From Octopus vulgaris (lineage: Eukaryota), in assembly GCA_951406725.2 (NCBI GenBank), contig OX597830.1, positions 19,902,001 to 19,966,000 on the forward strand: a stretch of 64,000 nucleotides of DNA, given 5' to 3'. The translations under genes and the position numbers were made by a program. Position 1 is the first letter of the stretch; every line of letters begins with the position of its first letter. Below are positions 52,746-64,000 of the stretch, in pieces. Under the pieces are notes generated by a model. That model was given only the letters and a program-made list of their open reading frames with translations. It was not told the DNA's origin and ran no database searches.

Positions 52746-52797
<52 letters not shown>

Positions 52798-53021
52798 ACC
52801 GAAGTTAGCCGTGCCTTTCTTCTTGGGGATGCGTAAACTACAAGTGTTATGGACTGGTGGAATCGTCAAGAGCGTTTCTATTCCGTATCTTAATTTCTGA
52901 GTTCAATTCACACTATAACCTGTTTTTATGGCACATAAAATCTGTCACTCGATTCAACACACCAATATATATTCTTGTAGTCTATGAAAGAAACTACTGA
53001 AGACTACCTCGTATATATCGT

Positions 53022-53053
<32 letters not shown>

Positions 53054-53161
53054 TGTATGTATGTATGTATGTATGTATGTATGTATGTATGTATGCATGC
53101 ATGCATGTATGTATGTATGTATGTATGTATGTATGTGTATATATGTATATGTGTGTATATA

Positions 53162-53210
<49 letters not shown>

Positions 53211-53305
53211 CATATAACAGCAGTGATGCGTATAAATGCCATACTATTACCACTTCAAATATGCTTGAGGCATATATACATATATACAAATATATACATA
53301 TATAC

Positions 53306-53401
<96 letters not shown>

Positions 53402-53510
53402 ATGTGTCTGTGTGTATTTATCCAAAATGGAAACGAACACTAATTCTTGAGATATTTCTTAACCTAAAACCAATGGTAGTCTTAATGCAGAACTAAAGTA
53501 TATATATATA

Positions 53511-53655
53511 TTGGTTGGCATCCTTTCTGTCTCGGGAGACAATGGAGTTGCGCATAAGATAGTCTAGTCCGGCTTTTACATTTCATGACCCTAATACATT
53601 TCCTGCTGTGGCTGTGTAGTCCTATCCTGGACAAACACTCCCTCTGGCAGTGGTT
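53511..53655 (-). mobile_element. RTE-clade LINE extreme 3' end
   Basis: NHCQRECLSRIGLHSHSRKC matches the RTE C-terminal Cys/His motif. It is followed by a short 3' UTR with a TGTCTC/GAGACA stem-loop. Confidence 0.82.
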
Positions 53656-53711
53656 GAAAATAAATATATAAAACAAACGTAGAAAAAAATGAAAAAAGGT
53701 AATAATAATTT

Positions 53712-53791
<80 letters not shown>

Positions 53792-53796
<5 letters not shown>

Positions 53797-53879
53797 AGAA
53801 AAAATTTCGCTATCTACGCTATCTACCTGACAATTTCTTGTTAAGTTTTCCTTATTAAGTAGTTGTCCTTAATTGCTAA

Positions 53880-53885
<6 letters not shown>
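53792..53885. mobile_element. Short fragment of the 480-bp HHR family with an inversion junction
   Basis: TAAGAGAAAAAATTTCG (same sense as about 13518) is joined to TACGCTATCTACCTGACAATTTCTTG...GCTAAATTT (opposite sense). Lies inside (TA)n. Confidence 0.85.
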
Positions 53886-53930
<45 letters not shown>

Positions 53931-53951
53931 CATGCATAATATATTTATATA

Positions 53952-54034
<83 letters not shown>

Positions 54035-54130
54035 GAAAAATACAAACTGGGACAAGAACGTAAAACATTTAGAAGACGATACAAAAAACACGGACGGGAC
54101 ATTCGAAGCCTTCAATCTTCAGTCAAGAAC

Positions 54131-54161
<31 letters not shown>

Positions 54162-54211
54162 CATAATAGGGAGTATAACTCCAAACTTACAGGGAAAAAT
54201 TGAATTTAGAA

Positions 54212-54256
<45 letters not shown>

Positions 54257-54299
54257 CAAATGAAAGGCAGAAGATGAAATAATCGAGAATTTAATACTA

Positions 54300-54405
54300 A
54301 TCACGACAACTGTTTCGACACATCTAGCATCGATTCCTTTTGGATGGGACACTCAACAAATGGTTCAGAAGCGTCCAGTGGTACAGATGTATCTCGTCGG
54401 ATGAT
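54300..54405 (-). ncRNA. Type I hammerhead ribozyme with a 59-nt insertion in loop II
   Basis: AUCAU CCGACGA GAUACAUCU-(59 nt)-AGAUGUGUC GAAA CAGUUG UC GUGAU. Triplet GUC. Confidence 0.82.
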
Positions 54406-54744
54406 AAATAAAAACAACTCATCAAAATTACTGTTCTGCAATGTAACTTTCCGTTTTGTAGAGAGAAATGCAGCCAGACAGAGTAAAATGTCTTCATTTG
54501 TATAGAAGATCAAAAATAAAATCACATACGACGAAAAGAGAAACGAACACGCAATCCAGTATGTGAGTGCGTTTGATGATGATGATGAGGAGGAGGATGA
54601 GGAGTATGAGGATGATGAGGATGATGATGAGGATGGTGATGATGATGACAATGATGATGATGATGATGATGATGATGACGATGATGATGATGAAGATGAT
54701 GAGGATGATGATGATGACGATGATGATGATGACGATGATGATGA

Positions 54745-55100
54745 CCGCCCACTCGTAGCTGAGGAAGACCCTCACTAACCGCTAAGAAAACTGTAATCAG
54801 GCGCAATTATACTTTACACTTGCGGTCTCCACTGTTGACTAACGAGACAAACTCTTGATACACGTTCGCAGATACTACAAATAGATCTATCCCCATTCAC
54901 TCCACTGGGAGTACGTTTTCGAGTAGCTCCCCTAAAGTTCAGCGTGGTTCTACTAAAAATTGCTACTCCTTCACTTACTGGTTTCCTTCGTTGATGGCGA
55001 GGACCAGCGTTGCTTTCCCAATTCAACTTCCATATCTCACGTGCTCCTCAACGAGGAATGTACACAATCCTTGAAATATAGCCTCGGTTTCTGCTGGGGG
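54745..55100 (-). mobile_element. Decayed RTE-clade LINE 3' fragment
   Basis: WESNAGPRHQRRKPVSEGVAIF...RKR...ICSICERVSRVCLVS resembles the RTE C-terminus pattern WE..A..R..WR..V..G...C..C.R..SR.GL.SH. Confidence 0.6.
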
Positions 55101-55433
55101 CGATTTCCAGGTTAAACCATTGTGTGTATGCATGTGCTTATCTGTATATAAACATGTATTCCAAGTTTATCTGACAACATATATATATGTATGTATGTAT
55201 TTATGTATGTATGTATGTATGTATGTATGCATGTATGTATGTATGTATGTATGTATGTATGTATGTATATAGATAGAGAGAATAGAGAGAGAGAGGGAGA
55301 GAGAAAGAAATATAAGCATTTGCATAGATACATACATATATAAGATATGTATGTTATACATACGCAAATACTTATATTTCTTTCTCTCTCCTTCTCTCCC
55401 TATTCTCTCCATTTCTCTGTCTATGTATGTATG

Positions 55434-55477
<44 letters not shown>

Positions 55478-55659
55478 AATACATACATATATAAGATATG
55501 TATGTTATACATACGCAAATGCTTATATTTCTTTCTCCCCCCCCTCTCTCTATTCTCTCTATTTCTCTGTCTATGTATGTATGCATGTATGTATGTATGT
55601 ATGTATGTATGTATGTATGTATGTATGTATATAAATATATATATATGTGTGTGTGTGTG

Positions 55660-55701
<42 letters not shown>

Positions 55702-55967
55702 TATATATATATATGCATATAAACATACATATATATGTGATGTATGTGAATACGTATGAATTTATACACACTCACAGACGCATACATAAACTTAATTATA
55801 TTTTTTTAAAATAAAATGAAGAAGCTACGCTACTAGACACATCCATCCATACACTGCCACTCTGCCAATTGTTCCTTCAACAAATAAAACTACAAACCAA
55901 ATTGCAATTCCAGAGGTAGAAACACTTTTACCCAAACACACACCAATACAAAATTCTAACTTGAAAT

Positions 55968-56004
<37 letters not shown>

Positions 56005-56571
56005 TTCATATAAATCTCTTCATCTCTTCAGCTCCCTTTTCCACTCTCGAGATATTGCGGAAAGTCAATACACATTGTCAGCGAATCTCTAGTTATGTTT
56101 ACCTCTAAAGATTGAAGAGGTTATAAGTGGAGGGAGGCAATGCTCTTTTTAAATCAAAAAGGATAATACTCTATAAAAATCAACAGCAGCAGCAGAAACA
56201 GCAGTAACAGAAACAACAACAACAACAACATGAAGAATATCATCAACAACAAGACAACAATTATGAAAAAAATATTGATTTCCTTTGATTATGTACTGAG
56301 ATGGAGTTTTTCTTTTGTTTTTTTTTCTTTTCAGAAGGGAGTTATTATTACGGGGATCAAGCATCGTATAGAGGCTAGTATTTATCGCATTAACACTACC
56401 CGTAGGTTAGAAAGACAATTTCCACCCAGGGGCGGTTGGGTTTTTTAAGGGTTTTGAAGTTTAAAAAATTATGAGTGATGCAAGATGGTGTGAGGCTTTA
56501 CCCGCTTCATTTGGTCCCTACTCATTATTTTAGTTAGCTCATGGCCTTATGTATATATATATATATATAGA

Positions 56572-56845
56572 ATAGAATAGTTGTATACTGTCAATCTAAC
56601 GTGAACGTGACAGTAGGGGGTTACAGCAGGGTGACAGCAGGGTTCACCACCTTCCTCTTCCTGTGCCTTGTACAGCTTTAGGTGCTTTCGCTCAATAAAC
56701 AATCACAACGCCCGGTCTGGGAATCGAAACCGCGATCCGACGACCGCGAGTCCGCTGCCTTAACCACTGGGCCATTGCGCCTCCACTCGTGTACATATAC
56801 GTACTGTCACGTTCACGTTAGATTGACAGTATACAACCATTCTAT
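56572..56845. repeat. 44-bp inverted repeats enclosing a SINE C head (56680-56786, -)
   Basis: ATAGAATAGTTGTATACTGTCAATCTAACGTGAACGTGACAGTA pairs with 56802-56845 (1 mismatch). Confidence 0.85.
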
Positions 56846-56895
56846 CGCCCCACCACCTGTACATATCTCTATGAGAGATTTAGAAATTTAATATT

Positions 56896-57054
<159 letters not shown>

Positions 57055-57315
57055 TATATTGAGGTTTACTGCAAAACTTCGGGTTAGTCCCAATAGATTT
57101 TCATAGCGAATTTAATGGCGAAAAATTGTGCTTGCATAAGTGTCATCATAGTGTTTTTTAAAAATCCAATTTTTAAAGTTATGCTAGACGCACACACACA
57201 TATATTAATACATATATGTGTGTGTGCGTGTGTAAGTAATGTACGTATGGATAGATGGATGGATGAATGGTTACGTATGTGTGTGTGTATATATGTGTGA
57301 ATTATATCAATTTGC

Positions 57316-57379
<64 letters not shown>

Positions 57380-57381
<2 letters not shown>

Positions 57382-57550
57382 CCACTACACATTCTTCATT
57401 TTCTCTCCCTGTTTCTTTCTGTGTTCCTTTCTGTGGAAGAGCGTAGGCTCGAAACGTTAAAGACTTTTTCATTTCCCATGCGTTATACTAATACATCTGT
57501 TTGTTGTCTACACCACCTGTCTTCTTTTGATTTTTGTGAATTCTCCCTAT
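57380..57550 (+). mobile_element. Family F repeat with degenerate HHR at 57426-57463
   Basis: CTTT CTGTGGA A GAGC GTAG GCTC GAAA CG TT AAAG. Confidence 0.65.
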
Positions 57551-57566
57551 ATATATGTATACGAGT

Positions 57567-57900
57567 GGGGGCGCAATGTCCAAGTGGTTAGGGCAGCGGA
57601 CTCGCGGTCGTAGGATCGTGGTTTCGATTTCTAGACCGGGCGTTGCGAGTGTTTATTGAGCGTAAACACCTTAAGCTCTACAAGGCACCGGAAGGGGATG
57701 GTGGTGAACCCTGCTGTACTCTTTCACCACAACTTTCTCTATATCTTTCTTATCGTTTCTGTTGCACCCGTGTTTCAAAGGCCCAGCCTTGTCACACTCT
57801 GGGTTACGCTGAATCTCCCCAGAACTACATTAAGGGTACACCTATCTGTGGAGTTCTCAGCACGTTAATTTCACGAGCAGGCTATTCCGTTGATCGGAGT
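57567..57900 (+). mobile_element. SINE family C variant
   Basis: Collinear with 50802-51110. Confidence 0.88.
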
Positions 57901-57936
57901 GCTACGCTATATATACGTGTGTGTGTGTGTATATAT

Positions 57937-58008
<72 letters not shown>

Positions 58009-58417
58009 TAATAGTGTGCCGTTGAGAACAGAAACTGGTAACAGTGGTCAGTAGAAAGTACGCTGTAATAATTTGAAAATAATAAGAAAAAATTATTTGT
58101 CTATGAAAGAGATAGAAAATAAAAACAATAAAATTTGAGCAACTACCTTAACTGCATCGTTTTTAAAATATGTTTTACGCTGAAGAATTCCTAGGAGTAT
58201 CCTAAAATCGCGAACAACTTTACGATGGGACCAAAATTAGCTTAAGACGTGAAAACGCTTGCACTGTAAGGCTACACTGTCTGTAACGGAAGATTAACAT
58301 TCTGAAAAGTTGCTCTGTTTTACTGCAATGAGGAAGAGAAAAATAACTCTCTAATTAAAAGTTCCTGGGATTCATGCAGAACAGCGGAAATCCAAATATT
58401 AACATATCTATTCATTC

Positions 58418-58773
58418 TATGAAATATTGTTCTTATGGAGAATATTAAGGATAGTACGAACTGATAAGGTGTCTAATGAAGAAGTGACGACTCGGGCTGC
58501 GGTAAATAAGCACTGATTTCGGGAGACAAGTGCTAAGCAATTGAGATTCCTTGGTCATGTGATGAGGAAAGAGAACCTAGAGAATTTAGCGACGACCGAA
58601 AAGATTGAAAGGAAAAGAAGAAGGAGAAGGATTATATGAATGTCAAGCTTGACGAACTGATTGGAAGAATGAGACATTAAACATTAGGAAGTGGAACTGT
58701 TACAAAAACAAAGAACAGAAGATTGTGGCAAGACATGTGATCTCTGTTCTTTGAATTCTGGACATGGCATCTA
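58418..58773 (+). mobile_element. RTE-clade LINE 3' fragment (decayed)
   Basis: Hand translation: YEILFLWRILRIVRTDKVSNEEV...KQLRFLGHVMRKENLENLATTEKIERKR, the typical post-RT region, with stops. Confidence 0.85.
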
Positions 58774-58819
58774 AAGAAATAAAAGATTCATTCTTAATAT
58801 TTTGTGACAGACTTGAACG

Positions 58820-59410
58820 TGAATATCTGATTGTTGTTGTTTTTCGTCATCGGAGAACACCTCCTTATTTTAGACGATGTGTGTTCATAACACACGTGAT
58901 TCATCGGTGTAAGAGGACTTTGGACAACAGTTGGAGTTTCAGCCTTGTGTGTTTCCTCAATCTAAGCTACCTCACCGGACCATTGAACCTAAGAACACGA
59001 CAGTGGAGTTTCAGCCATGTGTGTTTCCTCGATCTAAGCTACCACACCGGACTATTGAATCTATGAACACGAGCCCTTGTTTACAGAAATCAGCAAACAA
59101 ATTATTTGCTGATGTATGCTGCTTATGGGGTGCACACTAGTGTCAAAACGATAGCATATCTGTTCATTCTTAATTCATTCTGGCAGTTTCGACCATGAAT
59201 GTCTGATCACTGTTGTTTTTCCTCATCAGAGAATACTTCCTTCTTTTAGATGGTGTGTGTTTATAGCACACGCTATTCATGGACTTTGAAACATCGCGTC
59301 GTTTCGACTATTGTGTTTCTCCTCAGTCACAGCTGTTCAACCAGACCAATTTATCTGAGAAAAGCACGTATTTTTGTTTATAAGAATCAACAAACAAAAT
59401 TAATTGATGA
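58820..59410. repeat. Diverged tandem duplication (about 375 bp) with a nested about 71-bp duplication
   Basis: 58820-59113 aligns with 59196-59410, and 58932-59000 aligns with 59004-59071. Confidence 0.75.
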
Positions 59411-59710
59411 CATGTGTTAGGCTGGTATCTGCCAAACAGATACTAATGTATGGGATGCACGTAAGTGGAGTTCCGTCGGTTGCGACGACGAACATTCCAC
59501 TTAGATATTATAATTTTTCAAATCCACCGCGCAAGTGCAGTTTATGTTGGCAGCAAATAAAATAATGCCGACTTGCTTCAAAAAATTGCCAAAATTATTT
59601 ATAACTATCAGCGTAGGAAACATTTTTGAAATGTTTACTATTGAAAAATTATATGTAAGCACGAAGTATGTACTGTATTGCTTCGTACTTATATGTTAAT
59701 CTTTTGGCAT

Positions 59711-59781
59711 TCCCGCTGATGAGACCTTCGCCTGGCAAATTACTTTATTTGCTAATTAAAGTTCGAAACCATGGTCCGGGA
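59711..59781 (+). ncRNA. Type I hammerhead ribozyme
   Basis: UCCCG CUGAUGA GACC...GUUC GAAA CCAUGG UC CGGGA. Palindromic helix III, triplet GUC (cleavage 3' of 59776), one helix II mismatch. Confidence 0.85.
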
Positions 59782-60176
59782 TAAAGATGGTAAATGTTTT
59801 TTATTTTTCATTCCCTTCGAAATTACCCCTAACAGTGGTTTGGATTTTGAATGGTCCGTCTAGCGAATTAGATGTCCTATTAGGAACACGCCTCTTATGC
59901 GTTTAAGTGTAGACTGTTTTTATATGAATAATATATAGTCTATTGACTAGTTTTCTACATACTAGGCCACTAGTAGTAAAAATTTCTAAAATTTTTCCTA
60001 CCTTGATATCTATATATATATATATATATATATATAATTCATATAAAATATAAAATATAAATATATGAATAATATTTAGTCTATTGACTAAATTATTTTG
60101 CGCTAGGCCACTGGTAATAAAAAATTTCTATAATTCTTATTACCCTAATATTATTTATATACATATGTATGCATGT

Positions 60177-60207
<31 letters not shown>

Positions 60208-60215
60208 CATGCATG

Positions 60216-60249
<34 letters not shown>

Positions 60250-60692
60250 TACATACATACATACATACACACATATATATACATACATACATACATACAT
60301 ACACTCAAGTATGGGCATACATACACTGTACGCATGTGCAAAGACACTTGTAGATGCACATACTATTACTTTGAGTAATACTCTGAGAATCCATTTCTTG
60401 TTTTTTGCAGTGTCTTCAGGACCCTGCACCTACTACTCTCCCCAGTCTCATCTCTCTCTCTCTCCCTCTTTCTGCATTTCTCTATTTGTCTGTATCTCTC
60501 TCAACGTATCTTTGCTTTGCTGAATTTGTCTCTCTCCCTCTCTCTTTTCCCCTCTCTCTGTCTCTTCTCTTTCCCTTTCTCTCTCGCTCTCTTGGTTTTA
60601 ATCTCTTTTCTTTCTATATTACACTCTATGAGCATTATACGTTTTCCCCAAGTCTCTTATTGTTTATTATTTATTGTTCTTATATGCCTTCA

Positions 60693-60739
<47 letters not shown>

Positions 60740-61487
60740 CTTGTTGTTGTGGTAGTAGTAGTTGTTGTTGTTGTAGTTGTTGTTGTTGAAGCTGTCGTTG
60801 TTGAACTATTTAAATGTTCCATCTAGATATCCTTCCACCATTAGCAAGATGGTCATACCTCACGAATCGCCTACGCTATCATTATTGTCATTGCCATCGA
60901 CAATGTCATCACCACCACAATCACTACTACCACCACACCACCACCGCTAGCACCACCGCCACCGCTACCACCACCACCACCACCACCACCGCTACTACCA
61001 CCACCACCGCTACACCACCACCACTACCACTACCAACACCACTACTAACACCACACCACCACCACAACACCACCACTAGCACCACCACTACTACCACCAA
61101 CACCACTACTCCCACCACACTACCATCACCACCACCGCAACCACAACCCCCGCCACCACCACAACCATCTCCACCACCACTATCACCACCACCGCCGCCA
61201 CCGCCAGTACCACGATCCCTTCCACCATCAATCACCTCCGCCTCCGAAACAAACCTCCATTATTATCTAAAACCACCACTCGCTACAAGAAGCACCAGTA
61301 TGATTACCATTACCAAGACCGACATACCAACACACCACTACCACCACCACCGACACCACCTATACTTCTATTTTCATTCTTTCGCTTTTCTTCATATTTC
61401 ACTTTTACTTCCTTGGTGGCATTTCACATCATCATCATTGTTCATCATCGTCCACCACCTCCTCCTCCTCCTCACCACCCCACCAAA

Positions 61488-61524
<37 letters not shown>

Positions 61525-61609
61525 TCACCATCAGCATCATCACCACTACCACCATCACCGCCACCGCCACCATCGCCGTCGTCCTCGTCATCGTCATCAT
61601 CATCATCGT

Positions 61610-61650
<41 letters not shown>

Positions 61651-61710
61651 TCCCCATCCCCATCACCACCACCACTACCACCATTATCACCATCACGATG
61701 ATTAGTCTCA

Positions 61711-61744
<34 letters not shown>

Positions 61745-61904
61745 GATGATGATGATCATCATCACCACCATCATCATTATCATTATCATCATTATCATCA
61801 CCTCAGTCGCTACCACCTCCATCTCCACCAGCACCATTAGCATTGTCATCATCAAGATTATTATTATCATTATTGTATTATTATTATTGTTATTATTATT
61901 ATTA

Positions 61905-61953
<49 letters not shown>

Positions 61954-61970
61954 CATCATTATTATTATTA

Positions 61971-62019
<49 letters not shown>

Positions 62020-62482
62020 GCACCATACCGTTGCTTCTACACTTTAAATCATTTAAGAAGCGTTGCAAAATACCTCTTATTACAGAAAGCACTTAACCCG
62101 CCTGCCCCCTGTACATCACAGCATTATCTGAAACCCGTCCCTCTTGCTCTCTGGCTCTCTGTTTCCTTTACAAACAAACACCATTTTCTCAATTCTCAAT
62201 ATTGTTATCTCCCTTCCTGTCTGTCGCTCTCCACCCTTCTACTGTTTGTAATTCTACTTTCTGTCGTCTTTATTTTTCTCTCTCATTTCTTCTTTCTGTC
62301 TTTCCTATCTTTAAAAGCAAGGCCTAAAAAAATTATTTTTCTAATGCTTTATATATATATATGTATGTAGGCATATATATATAAGCTTGGACGTGAATGT
62401 GTGTGTGCATGAGTGTGTGTGCGTGTATGTGTATGTATGTATGAATATATATCTGTGCGTGTATACATATATACCTATATAC

Positions 62483-62517
<35 letters not shown>

Positions 62518-63046
62518 TATATGAGTATATACATACATGTATATACATATATATATATATATATGGATACAAATAATATATACTTACATATATATGTATA
62601 TATATCTATATACATTTGTGCATATGTAAATATATATATGTGTATGTGTGTGTGTACACAGTTATATATATATATGCGTGTGTGTATGTATATATGTATG
62701 TATGTGTACATATGCATGTATACATACACATAAAGATATATATACTATATATACATATATAAATATACCTATACACACACACATACGCATACATGCATAG
62801 ACGTACATATTCATATACTACATAGTGTAATATACAAACAATGGTAAATGAAACCGCCGCTTCGTCTCTAATAAATAAATAAATAAATAAATATATAAGT
62901 AAATAAATAAAAACAAAAATAAGAATAAAATGTAAAATATAGTAACAGTAAAAATAATGAAATACTACAACCCACAACGACCATAACAACAAGAACAAGA
63001 AACAAAAGATGTAACACACACTCTTCCATCAGAGAAAGCGTAACTG

Positions 63047-63162
<116 letters not shown>

Positions 63163-63499
63163 CAATCCGCTTCATTTTTAAAAAATCTTTTTTTGTCTTT
63201 TTGTTTTTGTGTTTTATTTTGGTTTGTAAAAGATATTTATTGATTACTTGAAGTATGACAGTCCTTCGTTGTACCCACGTTTAACAAACACCAACAAAAA
63301 AAAAAATGGCCGACAAGGAAAGTAAACGAAACATTCCAAGAAAAATCAATTTAAACTCGCTGTTTTTTGTAACAGTAGAAGTAGTAGCAGTGGTGTCATT
63401 ATTTTATGGTTAGCCCCCAGATCAGCTCTGACCTAGAAGACCTATAACTCAAATTCGTTCCATACATGACCCTCCTGTCTTATATTTATGGCTTTGATC

Positions 63500-63711
63500 T
63501 TGTATCTTTTACTTGTTTCAGTCATTAGACTGCGGCCATGCTATGGGTGCCGCTTAGACAAGGGTCTCCGTCGAATAAATCGATTGCAGTACTTATATTT
63601 TAAAGCATTTCGTACTTAATCTATCTGTTTCTTTTGCTGAACCGCTAAGTTACGGGGACGTAAACAAACAAAAGCCAGTTTTCATGCGGTGTATGAGAGT
63701 GTAAATGACAG

Positions 63712-63768
<57 letters not shown>

Positions 63769-63945
63769 TATATAAACACACATGGCAGGCTTTCACACAG
63801 CTTCCATCAACCAGATTCACTCACAAGACATCAGTTGATCCATGGCTATTATAGAAGACACTTGCCCAAGATGACATGCAGTGGAACTGAACCTGAAACC
63901 GCCTGGTCTCAAAGTGATATTCTTAATCACATAGCGATGCCTACC
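63500..63945 (-). mobile_element. SINE family B
   Basis: TTTTACTTGTTTCAGTCATTAGACTGCGGCCATGC...AACCGCTAAGTTACGGGGACGTAAAC...AGAAGACACTTGCCCAAG...CAGTGGAACTGAACC. Confidence 0.85.
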
Positions 63946-64000
63946 TGCAATGTGCCTTCTTTCCATTTAAAACAGTGATAGGTTATCAGTCGAATGAGAT

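Noticed and set aside
59196-59330. Minus-strand CUGAUGA-G-GAAA and CUGAGGA...GAAA as hammerheads
   Set aside because: Helix II or III cannot be formed, and the paralogous copy does not support the pairing.
60814-61701. 295-aa Thr/Pro/Ser-rich ORF as a mucin-like gene
   Set aside because: It is built from CAC/CAT trinucleotide tracts that drift between registers, with no independent coding evidence.

Overview
Microsatellite-saturated, AT-rich, non-coding animal DNA. The SINE families and repeat landscape suggest an octopus/coleoid cephalopod; this is from recall and was not verified. No intact protein-coding gene is visible, and almost all ORFs in the track are translations of (TA)n, (CA)n, (TACA)n, (TAA)n or (GAT)n tracts. 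The recognisable content is about 30 tRNA-derived SINE copies of three families, one (TAA)n-tailed repeat family, decayed 3' fragments of LINEs (3 R4/Dong-like RLE, 2 Tx1/L1-like, 3 RTE-like), a mariner-type MITE and a possible Helitron N-terminal relic. The main hidden signal is a set of type I hammerhead ribozyme (HHR) motifs read directly from the sequence. About ten are intact or near-intact and about six are decayed. They belong to several sequence-unrelated small elements that sit in or beside microsatellites, often as tandem or fold-back structures typical of Penelope-like element (PLE) pseudo-LTRs and retrozymes. The best example is a very young 480-bp-unit array at 13085-14386, with two HHRs exactly 480 nt apart on the minus strand and a third in an inverted arm. 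A 12-kb stretch (about 23.2-35.1 kb) lacks recognisable interspersed repeats and may be constrained regulatory DNA.
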